A stretch of DNA of 63,731 nt, the filler included, from Hyphochytrium catenoides (lineage: Eukaryota; Protista; Hyphochytriomycota): the NCBI GenBank assembly GCA_900088475.1. It is 8 parts of 8 records of this genome, joined end to end, with 100 filler letters (N's around TTAATTAATTAA, not from the genome) between each part and the next. Parts side by side here need not be neighbours in the genome. Positions count along the whole stretch, not along the records: positions 1 to 28,506 come from FLMG01000740.1; 7 more parts are not named here. One strand, written 5' to 3'. Of the stretch, positions 1 through 13,233 are shown piece after piece. Numbering within the stretch: the first letter of the stretch is position 1; each line of letters opens with the position of its first letter. Made by a program: the position numbers and the translations under genes. The notes beneath the pieces were generated by a model. That model made no database searches, had not been told where the DNA came from, and saw nothing but the letters and a program-made list of their open reading frames with translations.

Positions 1-1
1 C

Positions 2-102
2 CTCGTGGACGGAGGATATAAGAACGTGTTCTCTAAGACGCCGGTGCGGCTTTGTGGCGCTCTCTTCCTATAGTCACTATCTGATCTCTTTATTGGCTTC
101 CG

Positions 103-135
<33 letters not shown>

Positions 136-600
136 TTCTCTCTCTCTCTTCTCCGTCTTTGGGTACTCTCTTTTCTGTTTATCTAGCTATTTCGTTCTGT
201 CGGAGCACTCTCAGTGTAGCAGCACCTTCCCTGCGGTGTGGAAGTCTATTCCTCTGTCAACTCCGACCTGACGCTTACTTTCCCCTCTCCTCTTTCTCTT
301 CCTCTCTCCTGTCTCTCTCTCCCTCTCCTCTCTGCTTGTGGGCCCGTGCAGGAAATCTGTGAGCCCCAACGCTATGTTACGATGGAAGACAAACGGTTTG
401 TCCTTGAACGGAAGGCATCCATGGCGCAGCTCAGAGCCTCATGGAAGAAAAGAGAGAAGCAAAGGCAGGAAAGCATATCTGGAGAGTCGGAAGAAGTGCG
501 AGAGAAAGCTGCAGATCCGCAGCAGCTCAGCTTCTCTCCCTCTCCCCTTACCAAGCAAGATCTAGCAGAAAGAAAAGAATCAAGAACCTCTGCACCTTGA
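2..600 (+). CDS. CDC25: Cdc25-type (rhodanese-fold) phosphatase, last two exons; 5' part lies outside the window
   Basis: Exon 2-43 (LVDGGYKNVFSKTP), GT-AG intron 44-351, exon 352-600 (EICEPQRYVTMEDKRF...LRASWKK...TGA). Matches the Cdc25 C-terminal pattern L.GGY..FF...P..CEP..Y..M. The catalytic CX5R motif is not in the window. Confidence 0.75.
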
Positions 601-652
601 CCGAGAGTTGTTCTTGCCAAGATGTGAGGAAGAGAGAGAGAGAGAAAGAGAA

Positions 653-694
<42 letters not shown>

Positions 695-985
695 CTTTCA
701 GCAGAGAAACCTCACTCAAGGACCACAAGTCCGAGTGAGGCCCTTTATATAGCATAGTGGTCCTTTAAAAAGGGTTACAAGCCATTTGATGTAATGATCA
801 GGCCCTCCTCTAATGGACCAGCTTCAAAAGGACTGACTATCGCAATATAAACTGTAGCATATCGGTCCCTTTAAAGAGGTTGAATATTGTGCCCTTTCTA
901 CACTTAGTGTAACGGCCTCTCAAGCTTCCTAGTGCCCTCAACCGTTGCCACGCCTCGCCAAGACATCAGTTCTGATTGTCTTTTC

Positions 986-1027
<42 letters not shown>

Positions 1028-1870
1028 CCTCGCTTCTCTTTCTCTCTCTCTTTTCTTCCGGCTCCGTTCTCTTGCTCTCAACAGCATTCCTCACCTGTCT
1101 CCAGGTGCTACGAAGAGAGTTTTGTCTTCTTTCCACGGCTGGACTCGTTACCATTACCAGCCCTCACTTTATCTGTGGCCTCATCTTTTCTTCTTAGAGA
1201 AACCTCTCTATCTCTCTCGCTCTATCTATCTACTGTCTCTCTCTCTCTCTCTCTCTCACTTCTTGTCGTCATTCTGTCCTTTCGTAGTAACAGCATTAGT
1301 GTTTTGCCGCTCAGGCGAGCTCGATCCCGCAACAAGGGTACGGAAGCTTGGAGGCGATCACCCTCTCTCTCTCGCTCTCTATCTGTCTCTTCTCCCTCTC
1401 CTTCTTCTCTTCTATCTCTCTTTCTCCTCTTCTCTCTCTCTCTCTTCCTTTCTCTACACTCACTGGTCCTCTGGGAAGTGTGGCAAGAAAGACCACGAAG
1501 GAGGAGAGGTGATTCGGCAGCAAGAGGAAGAAGAAATGGTGTTATAAGAAGTGTGCTCACTCAGTAGACCAGCCATTCCGCTCAATGGTCCTAGATTTAC
1601 ATGCGAAGGACCCATGCCGTCCGTCACTGCAGCAGCGCAGCCCACTTCTCAAGGTTTTCCCTCCCTCTCTCTCCTTTCTCTCTCTCTCTCTCTTTGAAAC
1701 AGACTCTCTCTCTTTCACACTCACTATCAGCTTTACGTCCATCTATCTTGCCCTCGTTTTCCTTTTTCATTCTCTCTCATCTGTTCCTAACTTACTTTCC
1801 TCTCTACCCTCCTACAGAGCAACTGAATGAGATTACTATAGTCACCTGACATTTGTTTCTTCTTCCTCTT

Positions 1871-1913
<43 letters not shown>

Positions 1914-1999
1914 CTCTCTCTCTCTCCGTCTCTCTCTCATACATTTTTCTCTCTCGTTTTCTCTCTCTCTCTCTTGTTCCTCTCCTGTGCTTATGCTAG

Positions 2000-3621
2000 A
2001 TGAAGGAGGCCAAGAGCCAGCTCCTGGCCGAGAAGATCCACACCTTTAGACTCTCCTCCTCTCGTTCTCCGACTCCTCCTGCAAAGATCCTTCATCAGGT
2101 CAGTGTCTTTCCGTGACGGGCAAAAAGGAAGAGAGAGAACAGTCTCTCCCTCTATCCATCTTCTCTCTCCATCTCTCTGCCTTCCTCTCGTCACCTCCTG
2201 TTCAGTCCTGGTCTTCCATCTCTCAATCTCTCTTTGTTGCTCTCTCTCTCTTGTCTCTCACGTACTCTGTCTCCATTCAATATAAGGAGGTAGCCTGATC
2301 TCTCTTCGCCTTCATCCCAGAGACGTCCGTCACTCTCTCTCTCTCTCTCTTACTCTCCCCTCTATTTTCCTTTCCTTCCTCCTCTTTTTCTCGGTCTTTC
2401 TTACCCTCGCCGTTCTTTCTCCCTCTCTCTCCCCCCTTTCTCTCCCTCTCCCACCCTATCTGGCTGTCCTTCTCTCCCTTCCCCTGCCAAGCAGCCCGGA
2501 GCGAAAGCAAAGAAAGATGTGTCTCGTCTCTCCTCTTCCTCTCGTCTCTCCTCTTCTGCCTCTTTGAGACAGACAACGGAAAATATCAAGCACCGGCTTC
2601 CCGTCTCCAGTACTGGCGCCAGGGTAAAGTCACTCTCTTCTTCTCTCTCCTCGGACTCTTCTTCCCCTCTCTCCACCCGCAGTCTGCCAGCGAAGGAAAC
2701 GAGGAAGAAAGAGATGGAAAAGAGAGGAGAGAGTGCGTCTGAGAGTAGGAAGAATGCCTCTCAACAGCAGAGAGAAAAGCTCAAGAGAGAGAAAGTGGGA
2801 GAGAAAAAGCCACCATTGGCCAAGAAGAAAGATCGGTTCTCTCCTTTTGAAGAGTCAATGAGAGAATGGAAGATGCAGCACTCTGTCTCGCAGGAGAGAA
2901 GAGTCTTCCAGTTAATTGGCTGGTATCCTGTCATCCGAGAGGAACTGGAGAGACGCGGGTGGGCGCAGAATCCTGACCCAGACTCTCTCTCTTGGGACCT
3001 CAAGTGGACAGTGAAGACCTTCCAGCTGGTGGCGCCAGGGCGGCAGCTCAGTCCGCAGCAGGCTGTCAATCATTTCAAGAAGAACCAAGCGATCACCACT
3101 AAAGTTGGACTGCTGAAGAGTTTGAGAAAGTCAGGCATCTTTCTTCTCTTTTCTCGTCTCTCTCTTCCTGTGACAAAGCGTTTCTTCTTTTGTCAGTGGC
3201 TTTCGTCGACTTTCTCTGTCTCTCACGCTCTCTTCCGTCTTTTCTACTTTCTCTCTTCTTCCGTTGGCCCCTCGTCTCTGCGATTCCCTCTCTGTTCTTG
3301 ATTTTGAAGAGACCTGTGGAAACTGTTCTCTTCCAAGTATTTCTTTATCCTCGGCGCGTATCGGCTGCTCATTTCCCTTTCCAAGATTTGTATCCCTCCT
3401 TCTCTTCTCTCACTATCGCTTGTCTCTCCCTCTCTGGCAAGGCATTTCAATCTCTTGTTTGACCTCTGTTTTTCCATCTGTCTCTCTCTCCCTTTCATGC
3501 TCAACCCGCAGCTTGCCCTGGTATGATCACATCGACCCACAGACTTTCTTCCCTCGATGCTACGATCTCGATGACAAGAATGATCTTAGTGTAGGTCTTC
3601 TCTCTCTCTTTCTGTCTCTCC

Positions 3622-3662
<41 letters not shown>

Positions 3663-3724
3663 NNNNNNNNNNNNNNNNNNNNNNNNNNNNNNNNNNNNNN
3701 NNNNNNNNNNNNNNNNNNNNNNNN

Positions 3725-3759
<35 letters not shown>

Positions 3760-4691
3760 CTCTTCTTATCTCTCTCTTCTTACCTATTTATCTATCTATC
3801 TATCTCCATGTCTATTCTATCACTTTTTTCTTCTTTACCCTTTTTCTCAATATTTCTCTCTCTCTTTGCCAGTCCACTTCTCCTCATGCTCCCACACTCG
3901 CAGTCTAATGATTCTCCTCTCTTCTCGTTCTCCCAGTGTGCTCTCTCTCTCCCTCTCTCTCTCCCATCTCTTCTTCTGTCGCAGATGCACTGTCTCACTA
4001 TCTCTCTGCCCTTCTCCTTCCGTCCCGTTGGCCATGTGACCTTACGTCTACCGTCTTTCTTTTTTTCTTTGACTTCTATCTCTTGTCTCTCACTTCCTGT
4101 CCGCAGACTTTCGTCCAGGATTTCCGAATGGTGGCTGCTGAGATCATTATCAAGGGCATAGCGCACCAGGCCAGGGAACTGGGCAATGAGAAGGTCATCT
4201 TACGCTGCATCATCGTCCTCTCTCCCGCTCTTTCTCTCTCTCTCTCCCCCCCTCTCTCTCTCTTTCCTCTCCATCTCTTGCCCTTTCCTCTTCCTGTTTT
4301 TGTTCTGTCTCTCTTTCTCTCCCTCTCTTCTTCCCTTTGTTTGTTCCCGTTAGTCTAACTCTCCTTTCACCCCACTCCTAGACGCTGGTCTCTCCCGCGC
4401 TTCTGTCTTACGCGCTAGAGCTTTGCTATCGCAGTGCAAAGTTCACGGCTGTTGATAGAAGAGAGGGAGAGGAAAGCGAAGAGGAGTCTTTCTCTATCTC
4501 CTCAGAGGTGATTTCAGATCGGGAGTGGGAGAGACTGGTGACTCTGCAGAAAGAGAAGGTAAACACTTGTCTCTCTCTCCCTCTCTCTCTCACTCTTTCC
4601 TTCTCTGTATGCCTCTTCTCTCTGGTACTATCTACCTCCCATACTACCATCATATCTCTTCCTTGTGTAGCCCATTTTATCCTGATATATT

Positions 4692-4747
<56 letters not shown>

Positions 4748-4783
4748 TCTTCCTCTCCCGCTCTCTCGCTCTTTCTCTCCCTC

Positions 4784-4819
<36 letters not shown>

Positions 4820-5611
4820 GCTCTCTCTCTCCCTTCTGTCTTCTTCCCTTGGGGTTCCCGGAGTTTATACTCTCAACGTTGAAATTTCAGTCTTTCCACT
4901 ATAGTTTGGTCCTCATCCCGTACTCCTTTTTCACTTCCTCTCTCTCTCTTTCTCTGTGTATCTCTTTTTCTGTCTCTGTCCCAAGGCCGCCACGAACTCG
5001 TCTTCCTTGCATCAATGAACAACACTTCCTCTCGAGATTATCTGCAATTTGTCTGATTAGGTCATCTCCCGCTTCTTCTCTTTCTCTTCTCCCTCTCTCT
5101 CCCTCTCTCTCTCTCTCTCTCTCCCTCCCTCCCTCTCTCTCTCCCTCTCTCTCACTCCCTCTCTCTCTCTCTCCCCTTCTCTCTCTTCTCTCTTTCTCAT
5201 CCTTTGAAGGCCTCTGAGGTGCTGACAGAAGAGCAGCGGCTCCAGGTCGAGGAAGCAATGCAATGTATGAGCCTCTATCATCAAACTATCCTTGTCTCTC
5301 TTCCAGGAGTTCATCCTCTCTTGGTTCGCCCCTCTCTCTCTCTCTTTTACTATTCCACCTCCGTTCTGCCTCTCTCTCTCTCTCCCTGTCAATCTTTCCC
5401 GTGCTCTAACTCTCGACTTTTTCTCTCTCTCGCTCTCTCTCCATTTCTGGCTGTTTGTTCTCTGTGCATCTGCTCCTTGCATCTTTTGACTGATAATTGC
5501 CTTCCAGTCATGCAGAGCCATAAGGTTCAGTTTGATCTCAACGGGAAGGTCGGGAGAAACATTTGGATCTGCAAGCCCGCAGGTCAGCCCCTTCTTGCTC
5601 TTATTAGTGCT

Positions 5612-5648
<37 letters not shown>

Positions 5649-7562
5649 TCTTTTTCTCTCTTTCTGGCACCACGTCTTTTTCACTTACTCTCGCCCTTCC
5701 TTTCCTCTTTCTTCCCGCGCCCTTATGGCTAACCCTCTCCTGGCGAGCCTTCAGTCTCTCCGCTCTTTTCTTCGTCCCTCTAAGCACGACGTTCTGTCAA
5801 TTCAATTTCAAAGTAGTTCCTTCCTCTCCCATTCAAATCCATATGTCAGCTCTCTCTTTCTCTCTCTTTCTCTCTCTTTCTCTCTCTTTCTCTCTCTTTC
5901 TCTCTCTTTCGTTCTCAGTTTGCTGATCTCTTCCCCTGTCTTTCTCTATGCAGGCAAATCAAGAGGTCGCGGGATCCGCATGCTCGACAGTGTAGAGCGA
6001 CTGATGAAGCATCTGAAGACAGAAGCGTGCGACCAATGGGTGGTAGGTTCGGTCCCCTCTCTCTCTCTCTGTCGGACTCTCTCTCTTTCTCTTCCTCTCT
6101 CTCTCTCTCTCTTTGTCGTTCTATTTTTGATATCGGTCTCCAACATTGACTCATCGTCTTCTCTCTCTCCTTTTCTCGTTCTCTCCTTCCTCTTGGCGAT
6201 GCGCTGTCCAGCTCCAGAAATATATGGAGAATCCGCTCACCATCTGCAATAGAAAGTTTGACGTCCGCCAGGTAAGAGGAGACGGCAACCTCTCTCTCCT
6301 TCTCTCTTTCTCGTCTTTCACCGCTGTACCAGGCGTCTCTCCCTAGTTTTCCCTCTCCTTGAACTACGCGATTGGGAACTTCCCTCCTCCTGGAAACGTC
6401 TCGCCCTAGTGCCCGTGTCCTCCATCTTGCGGTCACTCAGTCACCGCAGCCTAGGCGTCTCGTCGTTCTCTTTCTCTCTCTTTTTCTTCTCTCTCTCTCT
6501 CGCTCTCTCGCTCTCGCTCTCTCTCTCTCTTTGCACTTGTCAATTCCCCTATCCTTTAGTTCGTAGTGCTTCCTCACTAGTTTGTGTAGATATCTGATCT
6601 CCCTCTCTCTCCCCCCTCTCTCTCTCTTCCTCTTTTTCTCTCTCTCTCTCTCTCTCTCCCATATACAAACAGTGGGTGCTGGTGACGAGCTGGAACCCGC
6701 TGACTGTCTGGTTCAACAACGATTGCTATCTGAGGTTCTGTGCAGAGGAATATAACGTAGACGACCTGGTAAGGAAAGAGAGGATGAATGAAGACTGGAG
6801 AGGGCCCACAGATCAGAGACGGCGAGCACAGAGAGAAAAGAGAGAGAGAGACAGAGAGAGACAGAGAGAGAGAGAGAGTGAGAGAGAGAAAGAGAGTGAG
6901 AGAGAGAGAGAGAGAGAGAGAAAGAAAGAGAGAATGTAGAGCGGTGGCCAGAAAGAGGGGAGAGCATAGAGAGGTGGCAAGAGAGAGACAGAGAACGAGA
7001 GAAGAATATTTTCAGAGACAGCGATGGTTCAGATCATCCAAGCTAAGACTAAAGAAGGCGCACGTCAGAGGAAGGCCAAGAAAGAGGGAGAGAAAGAAAC
7101 GTCAGAAAGAGCTGAGAAGAAAGGAGAGAACTTCGGAGAGCTGTCTGTTAAGCCTTTTTGCAGGAGAATCCATACATTCATCTGGCGAACAACTCGATTC
7201 AGAAACACAGTGAGAAGTTCCATCAGATCTACAGAGCGGAAGACATTGAGGAAGAGATAGCCGTAGAAGGGTACGTCTCTCCTAATAATCTCTAGTCTTG
7301 TCTTGTTCACTGGATCTCTTCTCTTTTCCTTGCGACTCGGGCTCTCTCTCTCCTAACCCTTATCGCGCTTTCTCTCTCTTTGCTCTTTTCTATTTGCGTC
7401 TCCCTCTCAAGAGTCTACTGCCTCTCCCCGTCCCTACTCTCCTCCTGTCTCAGAAGTCCTGTGGGCTCTCCCCTATCTTCTCCTACTTGCTCTCTCGCGT
7501 TCCTTCCTCTCGTTCAAGTTATATCTTCCTTATTCCCTCTCTCTCTCTCTCTCCCTCTCTCT

Positions 7563-7601
<39 letters not shown>

Positions 7602-7891
7602 TTATCCCTCTGGATCTCTCTCTCTTTGTGACTTGACGCTAACTCTCACTGTGTGGCTCTCTCTACCCGCGTCTCTCTCACTCTCTCTCTTCTCCTTGTA
7701 ATTGCTGCCACGTTCTGTCCTTCTTAGAAACATGTGGCACTCGGATCAGCTGCTCCGCTATCTTCAGCGGCGTCCAGGCGGGCTGGCCGTCTGGAAGGAG
7801 AAACTGCGCCCGAAGATGAAGGAAATAGTCATCTGGTCTCTCCTCGGAGCGCAAGTAGGGAGAGAGTTACCGTGAAGAAGCCAAGCGAGAG

Positions 7892-7926
<35 letters not shown>

Positions 7927-9509
7927 TAACAAAGGACAGGGGCAATTGAAGGCTAGAGAGAGAGAAAGAAACTAGTCATTTTGTTAGCTGCCACTTCGTT
8001 TCTGCGTCTTCTTTCTCTTCTATGTTTGTCGGGAGGTGGCTGGCGCCTAGGGCGTCAATTCATTTCTCTCTCCCTCTCTGACTCTCCCTCTCTCTCTCTT
8101 TGGTCTCTTAAGGATCAGGTGCAGCACCGCCATAACTCCTTCGAGCTCTACGGCTACGACTTCATGTTCGACGAGACTTTCAAGGTCAGGAACTCCTCCC
8201 GTCCCAGCATCCCACATCCTTTGGAGCCCGTCTCTCCTTCTGTTTGTCTCTCTCTGTCTCTCTCTCTTTCTCTCTTGCTCCTCGTATCGCTGACTACCTC
8301 CTCTCGATTTCAACTGCGGTCCTTCTTTCTATCTATCTATCTCACTTTGTCTCTCTCCTTATCCATGTTGCGGCGGCTGTGTCTCTGGATTGTGCACCTA
8401 TCTATAGCCAGCTCTCTCTCTCTCGGCTCCTCCTCTCTTTTCTACACTGCTATTGTGCTGCTATACTATTCTTCCCTGCTAACGGTCCTTGCTCTTGTTC
8501 TCTCTTCTCTTTTCTCTTCTCTCTCTTCTTTCTTTTTCTTGCATTCTATTCCTACATGTTACTTCTTCCTCTCCTTCTTTCTCTCTCTCTCTCTCTTTCT
8601 CTTCCTCTCTTTCTATCTCTCTCTGTTTCTTTCTTTCTCTCTCTCTGCCTCTTCCTCTCTGTGTCTCTCTCTTTTCCCTTTCACCCTTTCCCTGCCTCAG
8701 CCTTGGTTGATAGAGATCAACAGCAGTCCTGCGTGTGACTATAGCACGGCAGTAGCCGAGCGGATAGTGAAGGAAGGTCTCAGTGGAGTGCTGAAGGTCG
8801 TCGTGGACTACGCGGACTGGAGCAAGCACAAGCAGGTGAGGAAGAGAGAGAAAGCAAGAGAGACACGAGAAGAGAGAGGAGGGAGAGTTGCAAGGATCAT
8901 CTTAGAGAGGAAAGGGCGAGACTATAGAGAGAGAGAGACAGAGACAAGAGAGAGAGAGCTAGCGAGCTCAAGAGCGAAAGAGAGATAGGAAGAGAGAGTA
9001 GGGGGGAAAACGCATTAGGATGCCGGTTCTTTCTTTTGCTGTTCCTCTCTCCTTTGGATCACTCTTTTCCTCTCCGTCTCTCTCTCTCTGTCTGCCTCCG
9101 GTCTCTCGGTCTCTGTCTCTCTCTCTCTCTCCTGCTTCTACACCTTGGCTTACCTCTTTCCCAGGGCCCACCGCCGGACACCGGTTCCTGGGAGAGAATC
9201 TACGTGGGGCCAGCAGTACCTCCGCTTCCTCCTTCGTCTCTTGGCCTCAACCTCAGCGTGACGGGCACCAAGCTCCAGCCTCCCAAGAGAAAGCATTCAG
9301 GGAGACGCAAGCCTTCGTCTTCCTCTCTCTCTTCTACGTCTTCCCTCCCTCCTCAGAAAGATGCCTCTTCCTCTCTCTCCTCCTCTTCTCTCGCCTCGTC
9401 TACGGGCGAGAAGGAGAAGAGTGACGAATTGAGACGATCTGCCCCAGTCTTGGCGGAGAGTCAGAGTCCTCAGAAGCCAAGCGCGAGGCGTTCCTCGTTG
9501 GCCGCTTAG
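2000..9509 (+). CDS. Tubulin-tyrosine-ligase-like protein of the TTLL3/TTLL8 (monoglycylase) type, about 15 exons; start uncertain
   Basis: Spliced GT-AG exons read [133 protein letters not shown]. These are the TTL ATP-grasp motifs; NLPW..FFPRCY and KFDxRQW are typical of TTLL3/8. Confidence 0.9.
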
Positions 9510-10014
9510 CAACAAGGGAGAGCAAAGCCCTGAGAAGTATGCTCAGCAAGTCCCAGAAGAGACAGAGAAGCATATGAAGAGGGAGAGAGAGAGAGAGAGA
9601 GATGCAGCAGACAGATGGCACCGTCGCTTGGACCGCGATGGATGGACTGCCCGTCGAGAGACTCACTCTGACCACAGAGAGACCATGCGATGACTGATCA
9701 GGCCAAGCAGGAAAGAGAAAAGCGAGGTACCTCTAAAAAGGAGAGAAATATCCGAAGAGAGAGAAGAGATAGAGAGACTGCGAAGAGAGAGAGAGAGAGA
9801 GAACGGATGGACGCATTTTCAGTGAGGTCACGAGTTTATAGCTCTAATTTAATGTTAGAAGAAGGTGAAGGTTCCGCTGCCCAGAGCAACTCTCCGTTGG
9901 CCATTGGTAAGGAAGCAATAACAGCCGACAGATCATTGCAAGCAGCTGCTTTATCTCAAAAAGACTCTTCTCTCTCTATTTCTCTCTCTCTCTTTTGTCC
10001 GTCACATCCCTTTT

Positions 10015-11082
10015 CTACTCGGTAGCAGGCTGCTCCTTCATCGCCGCCGGGCTATACTCACTCATCACTGTCTCTCCCTCAGGAAGAGAGAGAGGGAACT
10101 TCTCTCCGGTGATCTTTTCTATCTCAGCCCAGAATCTCTCCAAGTCTTTCGATGAGCTCTTGGTCCCGGCGAGAGAAAGATGTGTCTTCACTGCCTGGCG
10201 ATCAAACCAGAACTTCCCTGTCTCTTCCTTAATTCTATCGCAAAGAGAGAGCCAAACAATCGTGTCTGCGCCTTCGTCTGAAGATCTGAAGCTTCCTTGT
10301 TTCTGCTCTGAGAAGCTCTTCATCGCGGTTCTGACGCCTGGCGTGTCTGCCCAGCCTGGATGCATCGCATTGACCACCACGCCTCGGTTCCTGAGTCTCT
10401 GCGCCATCATCTCCGTGAGATAAACCTGCTGCCGCTTGTTGAAAGCGTAAGCGAGGGTGCCGTCGTACTTCTTCAGGTTCTTCAGATTGAGATCGTCAAC
10501 GTTGAGCTTCACATTGTACATCCCAGCAGACGAGACATTCACAATGCGGCTCGGTTGGCCCGTCTTCTCCGCTGTCTTCTGCAGGAGAGGAAGAAGGAGA
10601 GAGGGAAGAATGAAAGAGCCGCCTAGCATTGTCGCAAGAGAGAGCTCGACGCCTGCGCTGTTCTCTTGCCGGGTCTCGGGCATCACGCCAGCGTTGTGCA
10701 CCAAGACATCGAGTCTTTCCTCTTCAGCCAGAAATTTCTTCACAAAGGCGCGCACGTCATCAAATTCTGACATATCTGCTACGTGAAGATAGAGCTTCTC
10801 ATTGCCGCTTGTCGTCTTCAGCTCCTCCAGCGCCTTCTCGCCTCGCTCTTTGTTCCTGCAGACAATATGCACGGTTGCCTTCTTCTGCGCCAGAAGTTGA
10901 GCTGCAGATTTCCCGATGCCAGAGTTGGCTCCGGTCACGAGGATCACTTTCCCTGACGCATCGACCTGCAGATCTTCTGGTCGGAAGGCGCGGGAGGCGC
11001 GCTCAAAGCCAGCGCGGCCATAGTGAGTTGAGCCTTCATGGTACCATTGAGGCAGGGCGACAAGAGAGTAGCCGGTGCCCAT
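10015..11082 (-). CDS. DHRS12: Short-chain dehydrogenase/reductase, DHRS12-like, intronless, 355 aa
   Basis: TGANSGIG Rossmann motif, LVHNAG, VNVSSAG, catalytic YAFNK (YxxxK) and MHPGWADTPGV, the last being characteristic of DHRS12. Confidence 0.85.
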   Translation of the reverse strand: MGTGYSLVALPQWYHEGSTHYGRAGFERASRAFRPEDLQVDASGKVILVTGANSGIGKSAAQLLAQKKATVHIVCRNKERGEKALEELKTTSGNEKLYLHVADMSEFDDVRAFVKKFLAEEERLDVLVHNAGVMPETRQENSAGVELSLATMLGGSFILPSLLLPLLQKTAEKTGQPSRIVNVSSAGMYNVKLNVDDLNLKNLKKYDGTLAYAFNKRQQVYLTEMMAQRLRNRGVVVNAMHPGWADTPGVRTAMKSFSEQKQGSFRSSDEGADTIVWLSLCDRIKEETGKFWFDRQAVKTHLSLAGTKSSSKDLERFWAEIEKITGEKFPLSLPEGETVMSEYSPAAMKEQPATE

Positions 11083-11272
11083 TGTTAATGTTAAGGAGTC
11101 TTCGACGTGAAGCTTTTTATCGGATTTTAGCGAAGCTTTGCGTCAGAGATTGCGGAACTTGAAATTTGGACGCTCGGGACTTGAGACAGAGATTGCGGTT
11201 GGAGTGTGGCGGACAGAGGCCTGGCAATGAAGGAAGCAGAGCGTCTGTGCTGGCAGAATGGTAGTCAGAGAG

Positions 11273-11343
<71 letters not shown>

Positions 11344-11521
11344 CTGGTCAAGCAGCGCTCAGCCTGAAGATGACCTCTTATGAAGCGTTTCTGGGTGCTT
11401 GCTGAACGCTGCGCTCATCATCTCACAACCCCTCCCTGCAGAGAGATTGGGGAGAAGACATAGATGGAGACAGAAAGAGAGAAAGAAATTTGAGGAGAGA
11501 GAGATTGTAAAAGAGGAGAGG

Positions 11522-11572
<51 letters not shown>

Positions 11573-11891
11573 AGACTACGTGATCGTTTGTGCGCAGGTT
11601 AGTCGAGAGGGTCGTCATATTACTACGCCTGACACCCCAACCCGGCCATAAAACGCTGGCCAACCACAACGAGAATACTACTACTGCCAGAACTTAGACC
11701 GTACTTGGCTGATTCCCGCTACCTCAGCCTATAGATTAAACCCCTTGCCGTTTTCAAGAGACAAGCTAAAGAAAGGTTTGGCAGTGTTCAGGGTTGAAAG
11801 GTGTACGTACAGAAGCGCCTGCCTCGTACAAGGAGTGACGTCAGGTCTATACTAGGAAGAGAGCGCGGGAAGGGAGATGGAAGACAGAACG

Positions 11892-11925
<34 letters not shown>

Positions 11926-12080
11926 NNNNNNNNNNNNNNGAGAGAGAGAGAGAGAGAGAAGGGGAGAGGGAGAGGGAGAGAGAGAGAGAGGAGAGATGGA
12001 AGAGGAGGAAGGAGAGGAAGAAACACGACAAAGAGAGATGCTCGAAGCGAAGCTGACTGAGGGAGAGAGATGAAACGAGG

Positions 12081-12120
<40 letters not shown>

Positions 12121-13233
12121 AGAGAGAGAGAAAAGGAGAGAGAAAGAGAGAGAGTAAGAGAAAGAGCGAGGGAAGCACCAAGCTGGTCCTGTGACAGTGC
12201 ATAAGTCCATTCTCCCTCCCAGGATTCGCCTTCATCTTTGCTGGATATCTCTTACGGTTACCTCGTCAGTCGGGCGCTCCCTTGTCTGCCTCTCTCCTGG
12301 TCGTTTTTCCCAGCGATGAGCTTTTATTTTCCGCTTGCTGCCCGTTCAGTCCATTGCCGCTATAAGGAACTCTTGTCTTTGTCTCTCTCTCCCTCGCTCT
12401 CTTCTTGCAGCGCCTCTTCCTCTTCTTTTGCATCCCTGCCTTGTATCAATCCTCTCTCCAGACCGATGATCAAGCCGCTGGGGACCCTCGACCCGAAGCG
12501 AAGAAGCTATAGCTCTCTCTCTCTCTCTTTCTCTCTCTATAAGTATCTATCCATCAGCTTTTGCCCGGTCAGCGCCTGGTTTCCCTCTTTCTCTTCCCTG
12601 GCTCTGCTCTCTTTCTCGCATTCTCTCTCTCTTTCGACATCTCATTAAGAATATAAATAGATAACAAGGCCAGGAGGCCGAGCAGAGTAGAGTGAAAGAG
12701 AGGCAGGCTCCGGCATGCTCTCCTCCTTAGACCAGAGGAATATTTATGTTGAGGAAAAAGAAGGCGGCACACGCGAGAAAGAGAAGAGGAGAGACAGAGA
12801 GAGAGAGAGGAAGAGAGAGAGAGAGCTAAAGCGATGTCCTCTGAAGAAGGAGCCATGGAAGACAGAGTTCAACAATCAATAAGCCTGACAAAATATTAGC
12901 TAATATAGGACAGAGTATCTCTCTGACCTGTTAATAAAAGTAAGAAGCTCGTCCAGCGCGAGACAGAGGTGCTGCCAGGTGGGCCGAACCGGAAGGAAGA
13001 GGAACGTGGAAAGAGAAGAGAAAGAGAGACGCAGGAAAGAGAGTCTCCGCGGAAGAGATTGTTGGGCCCAGCGGACAGAGGAAAGGAGGTTACACAGGGA
13101 TGCAGCGCAAGAAGCCACATGCCACAGATAAAGGCTGAGAAATAAACTGAACGAAAGAGGAAAAAGAGAGAGAGAGAGAGTGAGGAAGAGAGAGAAACTG
13201 TGGGGAAGAAAATCGAGAAAGGCTCCTCCTCTC

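Noticed and set aside
4735-4748. (CG)n runs embedded in (CT)n tracts (also near 14357), potential Z-DNA
   Set aside because: Short, intronic and explainable by slippage; no evidence of function.
54-9000. Many ORF-track entries rich in SLSLSL or RERERE
   Set aside because: They are translations of (CT)n/(GA)n microsatellites, which contain no stop codons; the real exons are short and embedded among them.
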